This document shows positions 1 through 9,282 of a DNA stretch of 64,000 nt, piece after piece (position 1 is the first letter of the stretch; every line of letters starts with the position of its first letter). The notes under the pieces were generated by a model. The model ran no database searches and had not been told where the DNA came from. It was given only the letters and a program-made list of their open reading frames with translations. Source of the DNA: a bacterium (GTDB taxonomy: Bacteria; Arandabacterota; Arandabacteria; Arandabacterales; Arandabacteraceae); the NCBI GenBank assembly GCA_025774845.1, contig JALGZP010000002.1, positions 348-64,347 on the forward strand. The letters are read 5' to 3'. Position numbers and translations under genes: made by a program.

Positions 1-519
1 GTTTTCCAGAACGTTCACCCTCGCTCCAAATCCTAACCCACCCCGCCCGGTGTGAGCATCGTAGCCCACGTTAAGCACCGGTGAAATCCCACCGGGAAGT
101 GGGGCGGTCTGCAGGGCGGCTTGATAGAAAAGAGCCGTCTCCCTGCCGGAAACCGGGGATTGCTCAAAGCTGAAGAGCTCGACTTCAGCCTTGGCCCTCA
201 GGAGTGAGTCGGGGAGAACCACGGTGTAGCTGAGATCTACCAGCCACTTACTGAAGTCCATAACGTACGAGCTACTGACCTCAAGCTTGCGCCAGACGGG
301 TCCCCTCAGAGTGAGACCTACATTGGCACCTCCATCCATTCCAAAGAAGGTGTCGAAAGGGTCTTCGTCAACAGGCCCAAAAAACCTGTGCTGGACCTTA
401 AACTCCATCTGCCCTCTCTCGAGATTCGAGGGAACACTCAGGTTCAGCATACTCATCTCGTAAGATAGGCACATCGCCGGCAGGCATACAAACAGGATGA
501 CAAGACTGACTTGCTTCAT
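1..519 (-). CDS. Exported beta-barrel-like protein, first 173 codons only (continues past window start); DUF5777-like, tentative
   Basis: Not in ORF track because it has no stop inside the window. ATG at 519..517 with GGAG upstream. I translated the minus strand to position 1 without meeting a stop. Signal peptide MKQVSLVILFVCLPAMC. The block GQMEFKVQHRFFG...FFGMDGGANVGL recalls HRF-motif barrels found beside DOMON proteins. Confidence 0.5.
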   Translation of the reverse strand, partial: MKQVSLVILFVCLPAMCLSYEMSMLNLSVPSNLERGQMEFKVQHRFFGPVDEDPFDTFFGMDGGANVGLTLRGPVWRKLEVSSSYVMDFSKWLVDLSYTVVLPDSLLRAKAEVELFSFEQSPVSGRETALFYQAALQTAPLPGGISPVLNVGYDAHTGRGGLGFGARVNVLEN

Positions 520-558
520 ACTCCTATCTCTCCGCGACAGATTCCTGCATTCATCTTT

Positions 559-945
559 CTATTCGTCCAGACTTTCTGCGTTCTGCTCTTTCTCCTCGGC
601 CTTCACAATAATCTCGGCTTTCTTCTTACCGGAGATACTGCAGCCCGAGATCACACTTATCTTGTCGCCCACCCTGGCATCGATGACTCTGTAAGAGGCT
701 TCCTGTATACCTTTGTCGATCTGGCTCTTGAACTTCTGCTCGATGATCTTCCTGCCGTTAAGCTCCACCTTTATCTCGTCCACGTAGTGCTTGGATGCGT
801 CCGCTACATTGTGTGCAACGACTATCCTGAGCAGATGGTCTGCGATATCAAACTCAACGCTCACCTTTGCAGGGGGGTGTCCAAAACCGGAAGCCGCGAG
901 GCTTAATAGCAGCACAAGGGCCAGTGAGATCGCTGAATACTTCAT
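559..945 (-). CDS. Small exported protein with superoxide-reductase-like His/Cys spacing, function unknown
   Basis: 128-aa ORF with signal peptide MKYSAISLALVLLLSLAASGFG. Candidate ligands are H23 (HPP), H45 (AHN), H53 (KHY) and C102 (GCSISG). Lies on the same strand between the DOMON gene and the barrel gene. Confidence 0.6.
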   Translation of the reverse strand: MKYSAISLALVLLLSLAASGFGHPPAKVSVEFDIADHLLRIVVAHNVADASKHYVDEIKVELNGRKIIEQKFKSQIDKGIQEASYRVIDARVGDKISVISGCSISGKKKAEIIVKAEEKEQNAESLDE

Positions 946-977
946 AATACCCTCCTTGCCGTATACGTGCAGCGAGG

Positions 978-1532
978 TTAGAGCGTGATTGTAGTAGCAG
1001 CTCTGGCCGCGTGTTGGGTTGTGTGATCGTCGGCACCGTTCGGACCTCTGCTCAGGATCACTCCATAGGTGTTACCCTCTGCCAACGGGCGGTCTCTGGT
1101 ATCACCGGAATCCAAAGGAATCGAGAAAGTTATCTCGGTCACTCCACCGGTTTCCGTACCACCTTTGTCGGTGACATCATCCGATCCTCCACCACTGACA
1201 TCCGACTCATGGGAAGTGAGCGCTGAGCCATAGTCATCACGTATGAATGCATCTCCGCCGCTCACATAGCCGATAATCAGATTCGCGTTCTGCATTCTAT
1301 TCGTGGGGTCGAATCCAACCGCCACCCACCCGGTTGTTGATGCGCTTACCTTTACCATCAGTGTTGAATCCTGGACCTTCCACTTCAGTGTAACTCCAGC
1401 GGCAGTCACCTGTGAGAAACCATCATCGTCAGTCCCGCCACCGGTACCTGTACCTCCATTGTCCGAACCGCAGGCACAGCAAGCCAGTAGCCCCAGACAC
1501 AAAACGAGTATCAGCCACCGTCCTGAATTCAT
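978..1532 (-). CDS. DOMON-domain lipoprotein
   Basis: Track ORF is 978..1628. The likely start is the internal MNSGRWLILVLCLGLLACCACGS (lipobox). VTLKWKV...STTGWVAVGFDP...NANLIIGY...EITFSIPL is a typical DOMON pattern. Confidence 0.7.
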   Translation of the reverse strand: MNSGRWLILVLCLGLLACCACGSDNGGTGTGGGTDDDGFSQVTAAGVTLKWKVQDSTLMVKVSASTTGWVAVGFDPTNRMQNANLIIGYVSGGDAFIRDDYGSALTSHESDVSGGGSDDVTDKGGTETGGVTEITFSIPLDSGDTRDRPLAEGNTYGVILSRGPNGADDHTTQHAARAATTITL

Positions 1533-1763
1533 TAGGGATACCCCCTTGTCTCTATGTTCACGGGCCTTATCACTCGCGATGAGCGAGTCTACGAAACTTT
1601 GGATTACGTGACCGTCATATGGTTGCATGCAGGAAAGATCGTGTCAAGAGGTGGGTACCGGGCTCTGCCGGGTCGATCAACGAAACCTCATCACACGCGG
1701 TAGCATCAAAAGCATATCTCTTGCGAATCTCAGTGAGGGAACCACAAACCAAGGAGGAGAGTC

Positions 1764-2516
1764 ATGCGGGATTCCGTTAGGCATGGAGCCACGATGCTTG
1801 TTGTTGCATTGGTGCTTGTCCTGACACAGTCGCGGGTCGCGCAAGCGGTCACAGTGACACTCGAGGGGGTGAAGGATAACTCGATCTATTCTGAGAGCGG
1901 CTCAGAAAGCAACGGTGCAGGCGATCACTTCTTCGCGGGGAGGACCAACACCGATAGCATTCGCAGGGCGCTGATAGCGTTCCCTGTCGCCGACAGCATC
2001 CCGCCGTGTGCCAGCATCACAAGTGTGACCCTCACGCTTCACGTTTCCCGGACCACGAGTGCTCTACAAACCGTCACCCTGCACAGACTGATTGCCGACT
2101 GGGGCGAGGGAACCTCGCATGCTCCGGGGCAGGAAGGCAAAGGGGCGGCTGCCACACCGAATGACGCTACGTGGGACAACACGTTTTTCCCGGGGACCTT
2201 CTGGACAAACACAGGAGGAGATTATAATCCCGTAGGCAGCGGGCTCCAGTCAGTCGGAGCAGCCGGTTTCTACAGTTGGGCCGATGCCGCCATGGTAACG
2301 GATGTTCAGATGTGGCTAGGCGATCCGGGTACCAACTTTGGCTGGATGCTAATCGGGAATGAGGCAGCAAATCATACAAGCAAGCGCTTCGATTCGCGTA
2401 CCAACGCCACCGCAGCCAACAGGCCCGTGCTGGTGGTGGACTATGAGGACTGTGCAGGTATCCATGAAGGCCCTGCCTTAAGATGGGGGAAGATCAAGTC
2501 TCTTTATCGGAAGTAA
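1764..2516 (+). CDS. Exported protein, DNRLRE/CBM96-like beta-sandwich (tentative)
   Basis: 250-aa ORF with GGAGGAG RBS and signal peptide MLVVALVLVLTQSRVAQA. KDNSIY...NGAG...IRRALIAFPV...ITSVTLTLHV resembles DNRLRE-type domains. Confidence 0.6.
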   Translation: MRDSVRHGATMLVVALVLVLTQSRVAQAVTVTLEGVKDNSIYSESGSESNGAGDHFFAGRTNTDSIRRALIAFPVADSIPPCASITSVTLTLHVSRTTSALQTVTLHRLIADWGEGTSHAPGQEGKGAAATPNDATWDNTFFPGTFWTNTGGDYNPVGSGLQSVGAAGFYSWADAAMVTDVQMWLGDPGTNFGWMLIGNEAANHTSKRFDSRTNATAANRPVLVVDYEDCAGIHEGPALRWGKIKSLYRK

Positions 2517-2520
2517 CCGG

Positions 2521-4374
2521 CTAGTTTATATATCCCAACGCCTTGAGCCTATCCATCAGCTGCTCATCGACCTCGGGTGGAGCCTTTCCGGCATGAAGCC
2601 GCCCGGTCTCATAGGTTTCGATTGTCGAGATCGGGTGCTGCGTGAGCCAGGTGTCCCGGAATGCTTCCGTTAGAACCCTTCCCGGCATATCCTCACCGAC
2701 CGGCAGACCCAGCAGGTAAAGGACCGTGGGAGCAATATCATAGACTGAGGCCTCGGTCAGAGTCACGCCCTGTCTGAAGGGTTTGCCCCAGAGAATCAGG
2801 ATGCCGGGTTCAGGATAGTGATGTGCGTTCCCCGTCATCTCGTGACCGTGATCGGAGGCTATGATAAGCGCGTAGTCCTCCCCCAGCCAGTCCATCCAGA
2901 GCCCAAACAGGCTGTCGTGGAAAACATAGGTGTTTTCGATCGTGTCCCCCAGCCATTCGATCAGCCGCTCGGACGTGAACTTCGACAGGTAGCCGGTCAT
3001 GGGATACTCTTCCGGATGACGCTTCAGAGAGTGTTCGTAGTAGAAGAGATGCTCAATCGCGTCTATGCTTGTAAGTCCCATGGCCATGAGGTTTGCATCC
3101 ATAGTACCAAACAGGCTCTCTGAAACGGCCTGGTACTTAAAATCGGAGGTGAGGTGCCATCCAAGCATGCCTATCCGGTCACTCGCCCCGGGGTAGGCCT
3201 CGAGACTCTCTGCCGGACAGCCTATGAACGCTGACAGAGCGGGATCGGGAAGCCCGCCCGTTATGTCGGAGATGTAAGTGGCAAGCTCGGGTGGATGGAC
3301 ATGATCCTTTGGCTCCTCTGCGTGAAGCCGGTCGGAAACCATGAATCCCCGGACTTCTTCCACCGGCCAGGTATACCGCCACCCCACAATTCCCACATCG
3401 GCGCCGGTGTCACCCACTATGTTCCAGACAGCCCTTACCCTCCTGTGACTGGGTCCCAGCGGACGCGAGCTACCGAAGCCCCTGGCATGAAGCTTGATGA
3501 AGATGTCGGGCAGCATCATTCGGGTCGGACACGGAAACCTAGCGATGCCGTGCTGCATCCCGGGGAAAGCGTAGTTGATGAAGCTGCCGACGGCGTGTCG
3601 CTCCGGTGAGTGTCCTGTGGCAAGTGTGGTCCACACCGGAGGGGAAACTGTCGGCGATAGCGTTTCCAGATGCGCCCTCGTACCCTCTTTGGTGAGCCTA
3701 CTGTATGCAGGGAGTCGTCCCTCACTCATCAGGGGATCGATGATATCCCATGTTACACCGTCGTCAACAATGATAAGGACCTTTTCGATACCGCCGGTCC
3801 GCTCGAGAGCCCCGGCCGCCTGATCCGCTTGGACTGCCACACCCCTTGTGGGGACAGACAGATAGCTCCAGGCACAGGCCACTATGGCCACAGCGACCAC
3901 GGTTCCAAGGAAGCCGATCCTGATCTTGCGGGAAGACCACCGGCGGACAATCACAAGCGCGATCAGACCTGCAATGGCACCTGCAGCCGCTGAGGCAAGG
4001 GCTACTCCCGCCGTCAGGATCAGACTCTTAAGCGGATGGTAAATCAGATGGGGTGCTCGCTCATCAAGGAACTGGTGACACGGGTAGCATGCGGCAAATC
4101 TGTCTGCAAAGATGAAAATGCCTGCCGAGATGGTGACAATGAGAAACGCCAGTCCACCCGTACCGAGTCTCTTGAGAGCACCGAAGACCGCACCGATTGC
4201 TCCCAGTATGAACCCCGCCAACCCGAACAGCAGCACTGACCAGAAGAGCAGGAAGAAGAGATCACGCGGGGTTTCCCAGACGTAGTTGACCCCGGCAAGT
4301 TCGAAGCCGACCAGGAGACCCAAGAACGCGGCCGGAGCGGCCCCGAACTTGAGAATTGCTTTAACAAACACCAT
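2521..4374 (-). CDS. Membrane-anchored alkaline-phosphatase-superfamily enzyme (type I phosphodiesterase/nucleotide pyrophosphatase family)
   Basis: 617 aa. About 6 N-terminal TM helices, then VLIIVDDGVTWD...LSPTVSPPVWTTLATGHSPERHAV...IIASDHGH. These are the metal and Thr-nucleophile motifs of the NPP/AlkP fold. Confidence 0.8.
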   Translation of the reverse strand: MVFVKAILKFGAAPAAFLGLLVGFELAGVNYVWETPRDLFFLLFWSVLLFGLAGFILGAIGAVFGALKRLGTGGLAFLIVTISAGIFIFADRFAACYPCHQFLDERAPHLIYHPLKSLILTAGVALASAAAGAIAGLIALVIVRRWSSRKIRIGFLGTVVAVAIVACAWSYLSVPTRGVAVQADQAAGALERTGGIEKVLIIVDDGVTWDIIDPLMSEGRLPAYSRLTKEGTRAHLETLSPTVSPPVWTTLATGHSPERHAVGSFINYAFPGMQHGIARFPCPTRMMLPDIFIKLHARGFGSSRPLGPSHRRVRAVWNIVGDTGADVGIVGWRYTWPVEEVRGFMVSDRLHAEEPKDHVHPPELATYISDITGGLPDPALSAFIGCPAESLEAYPGASDRIGMLGWHLTSDFKYQAVSESLFGTMDANLMAMGLTSIDAIEHLFYYEHSLKRHPEEYPMTGYLSKFTSERLIEWLGDTIENTYVFHDSLFGLWMDWLGEDYALIIASDHGHEMTGNAHHYPEPGILILWGKPFRQGVTLTEASVYDIAPTVLYLLGLPVGEDMPGRVLTEAFRDTWLTQHPISTIETYETGRLHAGKAPPEVDEQLMDRLKALGYIN

Positions 4375-4484
4375 ACAGGTTCCCCATCCGTGCCCTATAC
4401 AGAGTCTAAAGGATGAAAACCTCTAGAGCACTCACATACTTGAGATGCCTCTGAAGCCCAATTGGGCATGTGTGCACCGTGATC

Positions 4485-5603
4485 TCAGAGCAGGAACTTT
4501 ATTGCGCACAGTACCTGTGAGGTCGAATCCCCGATCCGGTGTTCAACACCCGCCACAGTGGAGTGCCCTTTCAGGAAGTAGTGAAGACCGTACGTGTAGT
4601 CGGCGATGTCATCTCCACCATCCGGGCTCTGCTGGGAGTACTTGAGCGTGAGCATTGCGCTCTTCTTTCTCACTCCGGCCTCGGCAAAGAACGTGTTGCC
4701 TTTGTACGCGCTGTCCCACTCATAGAAACCGGCGTTCAACACGGCATCCACCCTGCCCAGATTCACGCCTGCCTGGCAGTCGACCACCCAGTTCTCTGAA
4801 TCCATGACCGTTTTGCTCGTGAGTGTCGCATCGTCTGAAACGCTGGTAACCGTCTCAAAGGTCGCATCCGGCTGCATGTCGACGCCCGCGCCGACGAGAA
4901 GATAATCCCCGGCCTTTCCAAGCCTGTCCTGACCATAGAACCAGCCGGTCTGCGCGTCACCCATAAGCGCAAACTGTACATGGCCCGTGAGGCGCATGCC
5001 GGCCTCGGGATTCTTGCCCTTGGCTGTGGTCACCGTGGTGGTATCCGTTACAACTACAGATGTACTGAGGTTATCGTGGCCGTCGAAAACGCCCAGGCTG
5101 TAGGCGAACTTGTTCGCGACCGAACCGTGAAGCATCGCGCCAAAGTCTCTCCACACGAAGTGGTTGCTGAATTTCACTATCTCGGAGTTGTAGTCGATAC
5201 CCAGCAGACTAGCGGCGGATGAACCGTTTTCAAATGAGAAGGGAAGCAGGATAAGCCCTGCCATCACCCAGTGGCCGGAACCGCCGACACTCAGGTCGAT
5301 GAAGGCGTCCTGTATCTTGGTGGATGATGACGAACCGATCATACCGGCGTTGGCGTTATCCGTCTCGACAAACACTTTGATGCCGTCCGTTATCTGGCCG
5401 GCGATGATGAATCTCCCGCGCTTCATGAAGATATCATCGTTCTCGAGAGCGTCTTCCTGGTCAACGAACCGGCCGTGGAACTGGCCAAGAAAACTGAGAT
5501 TGAGATACGAATCGTCCCCGAATTCCACTTTGGGGCCGGCCACGAGACCGGATGCCGTAAACAGCACCAGCAAACCAATGCAAAAGATTATGCTCTTCTT
5601 CAT
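4485..5603 (-). CDS. Outer-membrane porin (beta-barrel)
   Basis: 372 aa with signal peptide MKKSIIFCIGLLVLFTASGLVAG. Alternating beta-strand pattern with an aromatic-rich C-terminus. Lies downstream of the MFS and acs genes. Confidence 0.6.
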   Translation of the reverse strand: MKKSIIFCIGLLVLFTASGLVAGPKVEFGDDSYLNLSFLGQFHGRFVDQEDALENDDIFMKRGRFIIAGQITDGIKVFVETDNANAGMIGSSSSTKIQDAFIDLSVGGSGHWVMAGLILLPFSFENGSSAASLLGIDYNSEIVKFSNHFVWRDFGAMLHGSVANKFAYSLGVFDGHDNLSTSVVVTDTTTVTTAKGKNPEAGMRLTGHVQFALMGDAQTGWFYGQDRLGKAGDYLLVGAGVDMQPDATFETVTSVSDDATLTSKTVMDSENWVVDCQAGVNLGRVDAVLNAGFYEWDSAYKGNTFFAEAGVRKKSAMLTLKYSQQSPDGGDDIADYTYGLHYFLKGHSTVAGVEHRIGDSTSQVLCAIKFLL

Positions 5604-5651
5604 GACTTCGTCTCACTCCTTACGCTGTGAACCTGTAGGCTATGTTTAAGC

Positions 5652-6935
5652 TTACGCGACCTCTGCTTTTATCGGCTTGAGCAACAATGCCAGCCCCGCA
5701 GCAACAAGACACGCAACCGCTGCGATGATGAAGGCAACGTAGAATGTTCCCATGGTATCCCAGACCCTGCCTGCCATCACCGGGCCGAGTATCCCACCGA
5801 CGCCGTAGGCGGAGAAAACCACGCCGTAATTGGCGCCAAGGTTCTTCGGTCCGAAGTTTTCAAGCGTGAGAAGTGGGAACAGGGCGAAGTTGCCGCCGAA
5901 ATTGAAGCCGAGCCAGCAGGCAGCAACCGTCAGCGTCAACGCGCTTGAACCCATCCGTATAAGCAGGAACATCATCGCGCCCTGGAGCACGCACATGAGA
6001 ATGACCGCGCCCTTGGCGGAAAGCTTGTGAGAGAGCGTTCCCCAGACGATTCTGCCAAGACCGTTAAACAGGGCCAGAAGACCAAGCGCCGACCCCGCGG
6101 CAGCTGCCGTGAGACCGCCCTGGAGTACCCCGAAGTTCTTGAGGCACTTGATTACCATAAGCCCGCATCCGGCACTGAACACAAAGGCGAGCCAGATCAT
6201 CCAGAACTGTCCTGTCCTGACCACCTGGTTCTGGGTCAGGTCTCTGACCGTCGCCAAGGCCGAGCCGTCTTTCGCCGTAGGAGGACTCCAGCCGGAAGGT
6301 TTCCAGCCATTCGGGGGATTCGATAGCAAAAGCCCGCCGATCACCACGCAGACGGCGAAGATGATACCGAATATCAGGAATGTTCCGTTGACACCGTGGA
6401 CGGCTATCAGGTTCATCCACGAACCGGCCAGTTTGACGAATATAAAGGCCCCGGCACCGAATCCCGCCACCGCAAGACCGGTGATAAGACCCTTGAGATC
6501 CGGAAACCATTTGACGCACGCGGCGATGGGACAAACATAGCCCATGCCGATACCGGCACCACCGACGATACCGATGAAGAGCAGCATCAGGGGATAGGAA
6601 GTTCCCGTGAGGCTGGCGAGACAATAACCGGCACCCAGCATCAGACCGCCGATCACCGCGATCTTACGCGGCCCGAACCTGTCCTGGAGCCGGCCGGCAA
6701 GTATCATCGTGAAGGCAAATGATGCCAGCCCTGCCGAGAATATCCACGAGGTTTGTGATGCAGAGTACTGAAACGGACCACCTGGATCCTGCAGTGCTCC
6801 CGTAAATGCGCCCCAGGCATAGATGGCACCAAGGCACAACTGCACCAAAAGGCCGCCTATGACAACCCACCAGCGATTCATAACCTTCTGTTCCACAGAA
6901 AACCTCCTATACTGGTTTCCGACAGAAACCGGCAC
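5652..6935 (-). CDS. MFS transporter, oxalate/formate antiporter (OFA)-like
   Basis: 427 aa with 12 predicted TM helices and Gly-rich MFS loops (GRLQDRFGPRK). The start may instead be the internal MNRWW at 6881. Confidence 0.8.
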   Translation of the reverse strand: MPVSVGNQYRRFSVEQKVMNRWWVVIGGLLVQLCLGAIYAWGAFTGALQDPGGPFQYSASQTSWIFSAGLASFAFTMILAGRLQDRFGPRKIAVIGGLMLGAGYCLASLTGTSYPLMLLFIGIVGGAGIGMGYVCPIAACVKWFPDLKGLITGLAVAGFGAGAFIFVKLAGSWMNLIAVHGVNGTFLIFGIIFAVCVVIGGLLLSNPPNGWKPSGWSPPTAKDGSALATVRDLTQNQVVRTGQFWMIWLAFVFSAGCGLMVIKCLKNFGVLQGGLTAAAAGSALGLLALFNGLGRIVWGTLSHKLSAKGAVILMCVLQGAMMFLLIRMGSSALTLTVAACWLGFNFGGNFALFPLLTLENFGPKNLGANYGVVFSAYGVGGILGPVMAGRVWDTMGTFYVAFIIAAVACLVAAGLALLLKPIKAEVA

Positions 6936-7039
6936 CCAGCCGGACCGGTCGTGCGTACCCGCACGCCTCAGTCATAAGAGAGGAGTACCCGAGATTCAAG
7001 AACTTTGTTTCCCGGATACTCCTCATACCAAAAACTGAA

Positions 7040-9025
7040 TTACTTACGTCCCTCGATCAGAGAGTCAACAACTGAGGGATCCGCCAGGGTCGTTGTGTCA
7101 CCGACCTGGTCGATCTGACCGGCGGCGATCTTCCTCAGGATTCGACGCATGATCTTGCCCGACCGTGTCTTGGGCAGGCTGTCAGCGAACTGAATCTTAT
7201 CAGGCGTCGCTATGGGGCTTATGACTTTCCTGACGTGGCCCCGCAGTTCCTTCAGCAGCTCGTCGGTCTTATCATAACCCTGCTTCAATGTGACAAAGCA
7301 ATAGATCCCCTGACCCTTGATCTCATGGGGCATCGCGGCTACGGCCGCCTCCGCCACCGACTGGTGGTCGACCAGTGCGCTCTCAACCTCAGCCGTGCTG
7401 ATCCTGTGACCTGACATATTGATCACGTCATCCGTCCGGCCCATGAGCCAGTAGTACCCGTCCTCGTCCTTCTTGCAGGCATCACCTGTAAAGAACTTGC
7501 CCGGATACACCGAGAAGTAGACCTTCTTCACCAGCTCGTTCTTCGGATCGCCCTGGGTCATGCGGAACATACCCGGCCAGGCCCGCTCGATGATGAGGAT
7601 GCCGCTCTCATTGGTGTCGGCTTCCGAACCGTCTTCTCTCAGGACCTTGGGTACAATACCGAAGAAAGGCTTCGTCGCCGAACCCGGTTTGGTCGGGATG
7701 GCGCCCGGGAGCGGAGTGATAAGGATTCCGCCGGTCTCGGTCTGCCACCATGTATCGACGATCACGCAATTCTCGCGGCCGATCACCCGGTGGTACCACA
7801 TCCACGCCTCGGGGTTGATGGGCTCACCTACGGAACCGAGAATACGAAGGCTCGACAGGTCATGCTTGTCGGGCCACGTTTCGCCCAGTCTCATAAGAGC
7901 GCGAATAGCGGTCGGAGCCGTGTAGAACACGGTGACCTTGTAATCGGCGACGATCTTCCAGAACCTGTCGGGCTCGGGATAGGTGGGGACACCTTCAAAC
8001 ATCACCTGGGTTGCCCCGTTTGACATCGGGCCGTAAACGATATAGGAGTGACCGGTGATCCAGCCGATATCGGCCGTGCACCAGAAAATATCATCATCAT
8101 GCACATCAAAGATGTTCTTAAAGGTAATTGTTACATAGAGCAGGTAACCGGCGGTTGTGTGAACCACGCCCTTGGGCTTACCGGTGGTTCCGCTCGTGTA
8201 GAGAATGAACAGCGGATCTTCAGCATCCATCTGCTCCGGCTCGCAGGTATCCGTGATATCGTCAGCCGACATCTCATCCTGCCACCAGAAATCTCTCCCT
8301 GCCTTCATGTTCGGGCTGGTGTTGCCGCGATTGTACACAAAGACTCTCTCCACACAATCGCACTTGTCGGCGGCCTCATCTGCCTTGCTCTTAAGGTCCG
8401 AGACTTTGCCGGCATGTATGCTGACGTCGGAGGTGATGATCGCCTTCGAGGTGGAATCCAGAACACGGGTAGCCAGCGCCTCCGAGCTAAACGCCGAAAA
8501 GACCACGGAATGAACCGCACCGATCCGGGCGCACGCAAGAACCGCGATGGTCAGCTCGGGAATCATGGGCATATACAGCGTGACCCGGTCACCCTTGCCG
8601 ATACCATGCTTCCTCAGGACGTTTCCGAACCTGCAGACCTCGGTAGTGATCTCACCATAAGTGTAGGTCTTCCTCTCGTCGTCCTTCTCGCCCTGCCACA
8701 GAATGGCGATCTTGTCCTTCTTGCCGGCTTTGACATGTCTATCAAGACAGTTGTAGGCGACGTTGAGTTTCCCACCTTCGAACCACTTGGTGTAAGGCTC
8801 GGCGACTTCACCAATCTTGGAGAAGTCGTAATACATAACCTTGTCCCACTTCTTGAACCAGTCAACGTTCTCATCGGCCATCTTGGCCCAGAAGGTTTCA
8901 GGATCATCAATTGACTGGTTATAGAGTTTCTCGTACTCCTCCATACTCTTGATGTACGCGTTCTCGCTCAGCGCTTTCGGAGGGTAGAACACCTTTTCAT
9001 CTTTGATCGTGGATTCGTTCGACAT
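7040..9025 (-). CDS. acs: Acetyl-CoA synthetase (AMP-forming)
   Basis: Start taken at MSNESTIKD (strong GGGAGGAAGGA RBS). Motifs YTSGTTGKPKGV, WWQTETGG, YFTGD and SGHRISTAEVE, with PKTRSGKIMRR at the C-terminus. Confidence 0.95.
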   Translation of the reverse strand: MSNESTIKDEKVFYPPKALSENAYIKSMEEYEKLYNQSIDDPETFWAKMADENVDWFKKWDKVMYYDFSKIGEVAEPYTKWFEGGKLNVAYNCLDRHVKAGKKDKIAILWQGEKDDERKTYTYGEITTEVCRFGNVLRKHGIGKGDRVTLYMPMIPELTIAVLACARIGAVHSVVFSAFSSEALATRVLDSTSKAIITSDVSIHAGKVSDLKSKADEAADKCDCVERVFVYNRGNTSPNMKAGRDFWWQDEMSADDITDTCEPEQMDAEDPLFILYTSGTTGKPKGVVHTTAGYLLYVTITFKNIFDVHDDDIFWCTADIGWITGHSYIVYGPMSNGATQVMFEGVPTYPEPDRFWKIVADYKVTVFYTAPTAIRALMRLGETWPDKHDLSSLRILGSVGEPINPEAWMWYHRVIGRENCVIVDTWWQTETGGILITPLPGAIPTKPGSATKPFFGIVPKVLREDGSEADTNESGILIIERAWPGMFRMTQGDPKNELVKKVYFSVYPGKFFTGDACKKDEDGYYWLMGRTDDVINMSGHRISTAEVESALVDHQSVAEAAVAAMPHEIKGQGIYCFVTLKQGYDKTDELLKELRGHVRKVISPIATPDKIQFADSLPKTRSGKIMRRILRKIAAGQIDQVGDTTTLADPSVVDSLIEGRK

Positions 9026-9230
9026 CGTCCTTCCTTCCTCCCTTCGACATAAATCTAAAGGTCTCATGCTTCTTGGTGATTACATCTTGGTGAGTGACAG
9101 CTGTCATCTCGCGGTTTTCGTATCTGATGAGTCAGATGCTCTTCGCCCCAGCTATAGAACCTCCTTTCGCACAGCACGATAACAGCGTTAATGAGTTGCT
9201 CTAGATGTGTCAAGATAGATAGGGATGAAT

Positions 9231-9259
9231 AATATAAGCGTTTTTGGCTGTGATGTCAA
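9231..9259 (-). promoter_or_regulatory. Candidate sigma70 promoter (TTGACA-N17-TATATT), about 200 nt upstream of acs
   Basis: Minus strand reads TTGACA (9259..9254), a 17-nt spacer, then TATATT (9236..9231). Confidence 0.35.
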
Positions 9260-9282
9260 CCGGGATGATCAATATTCCGGGG

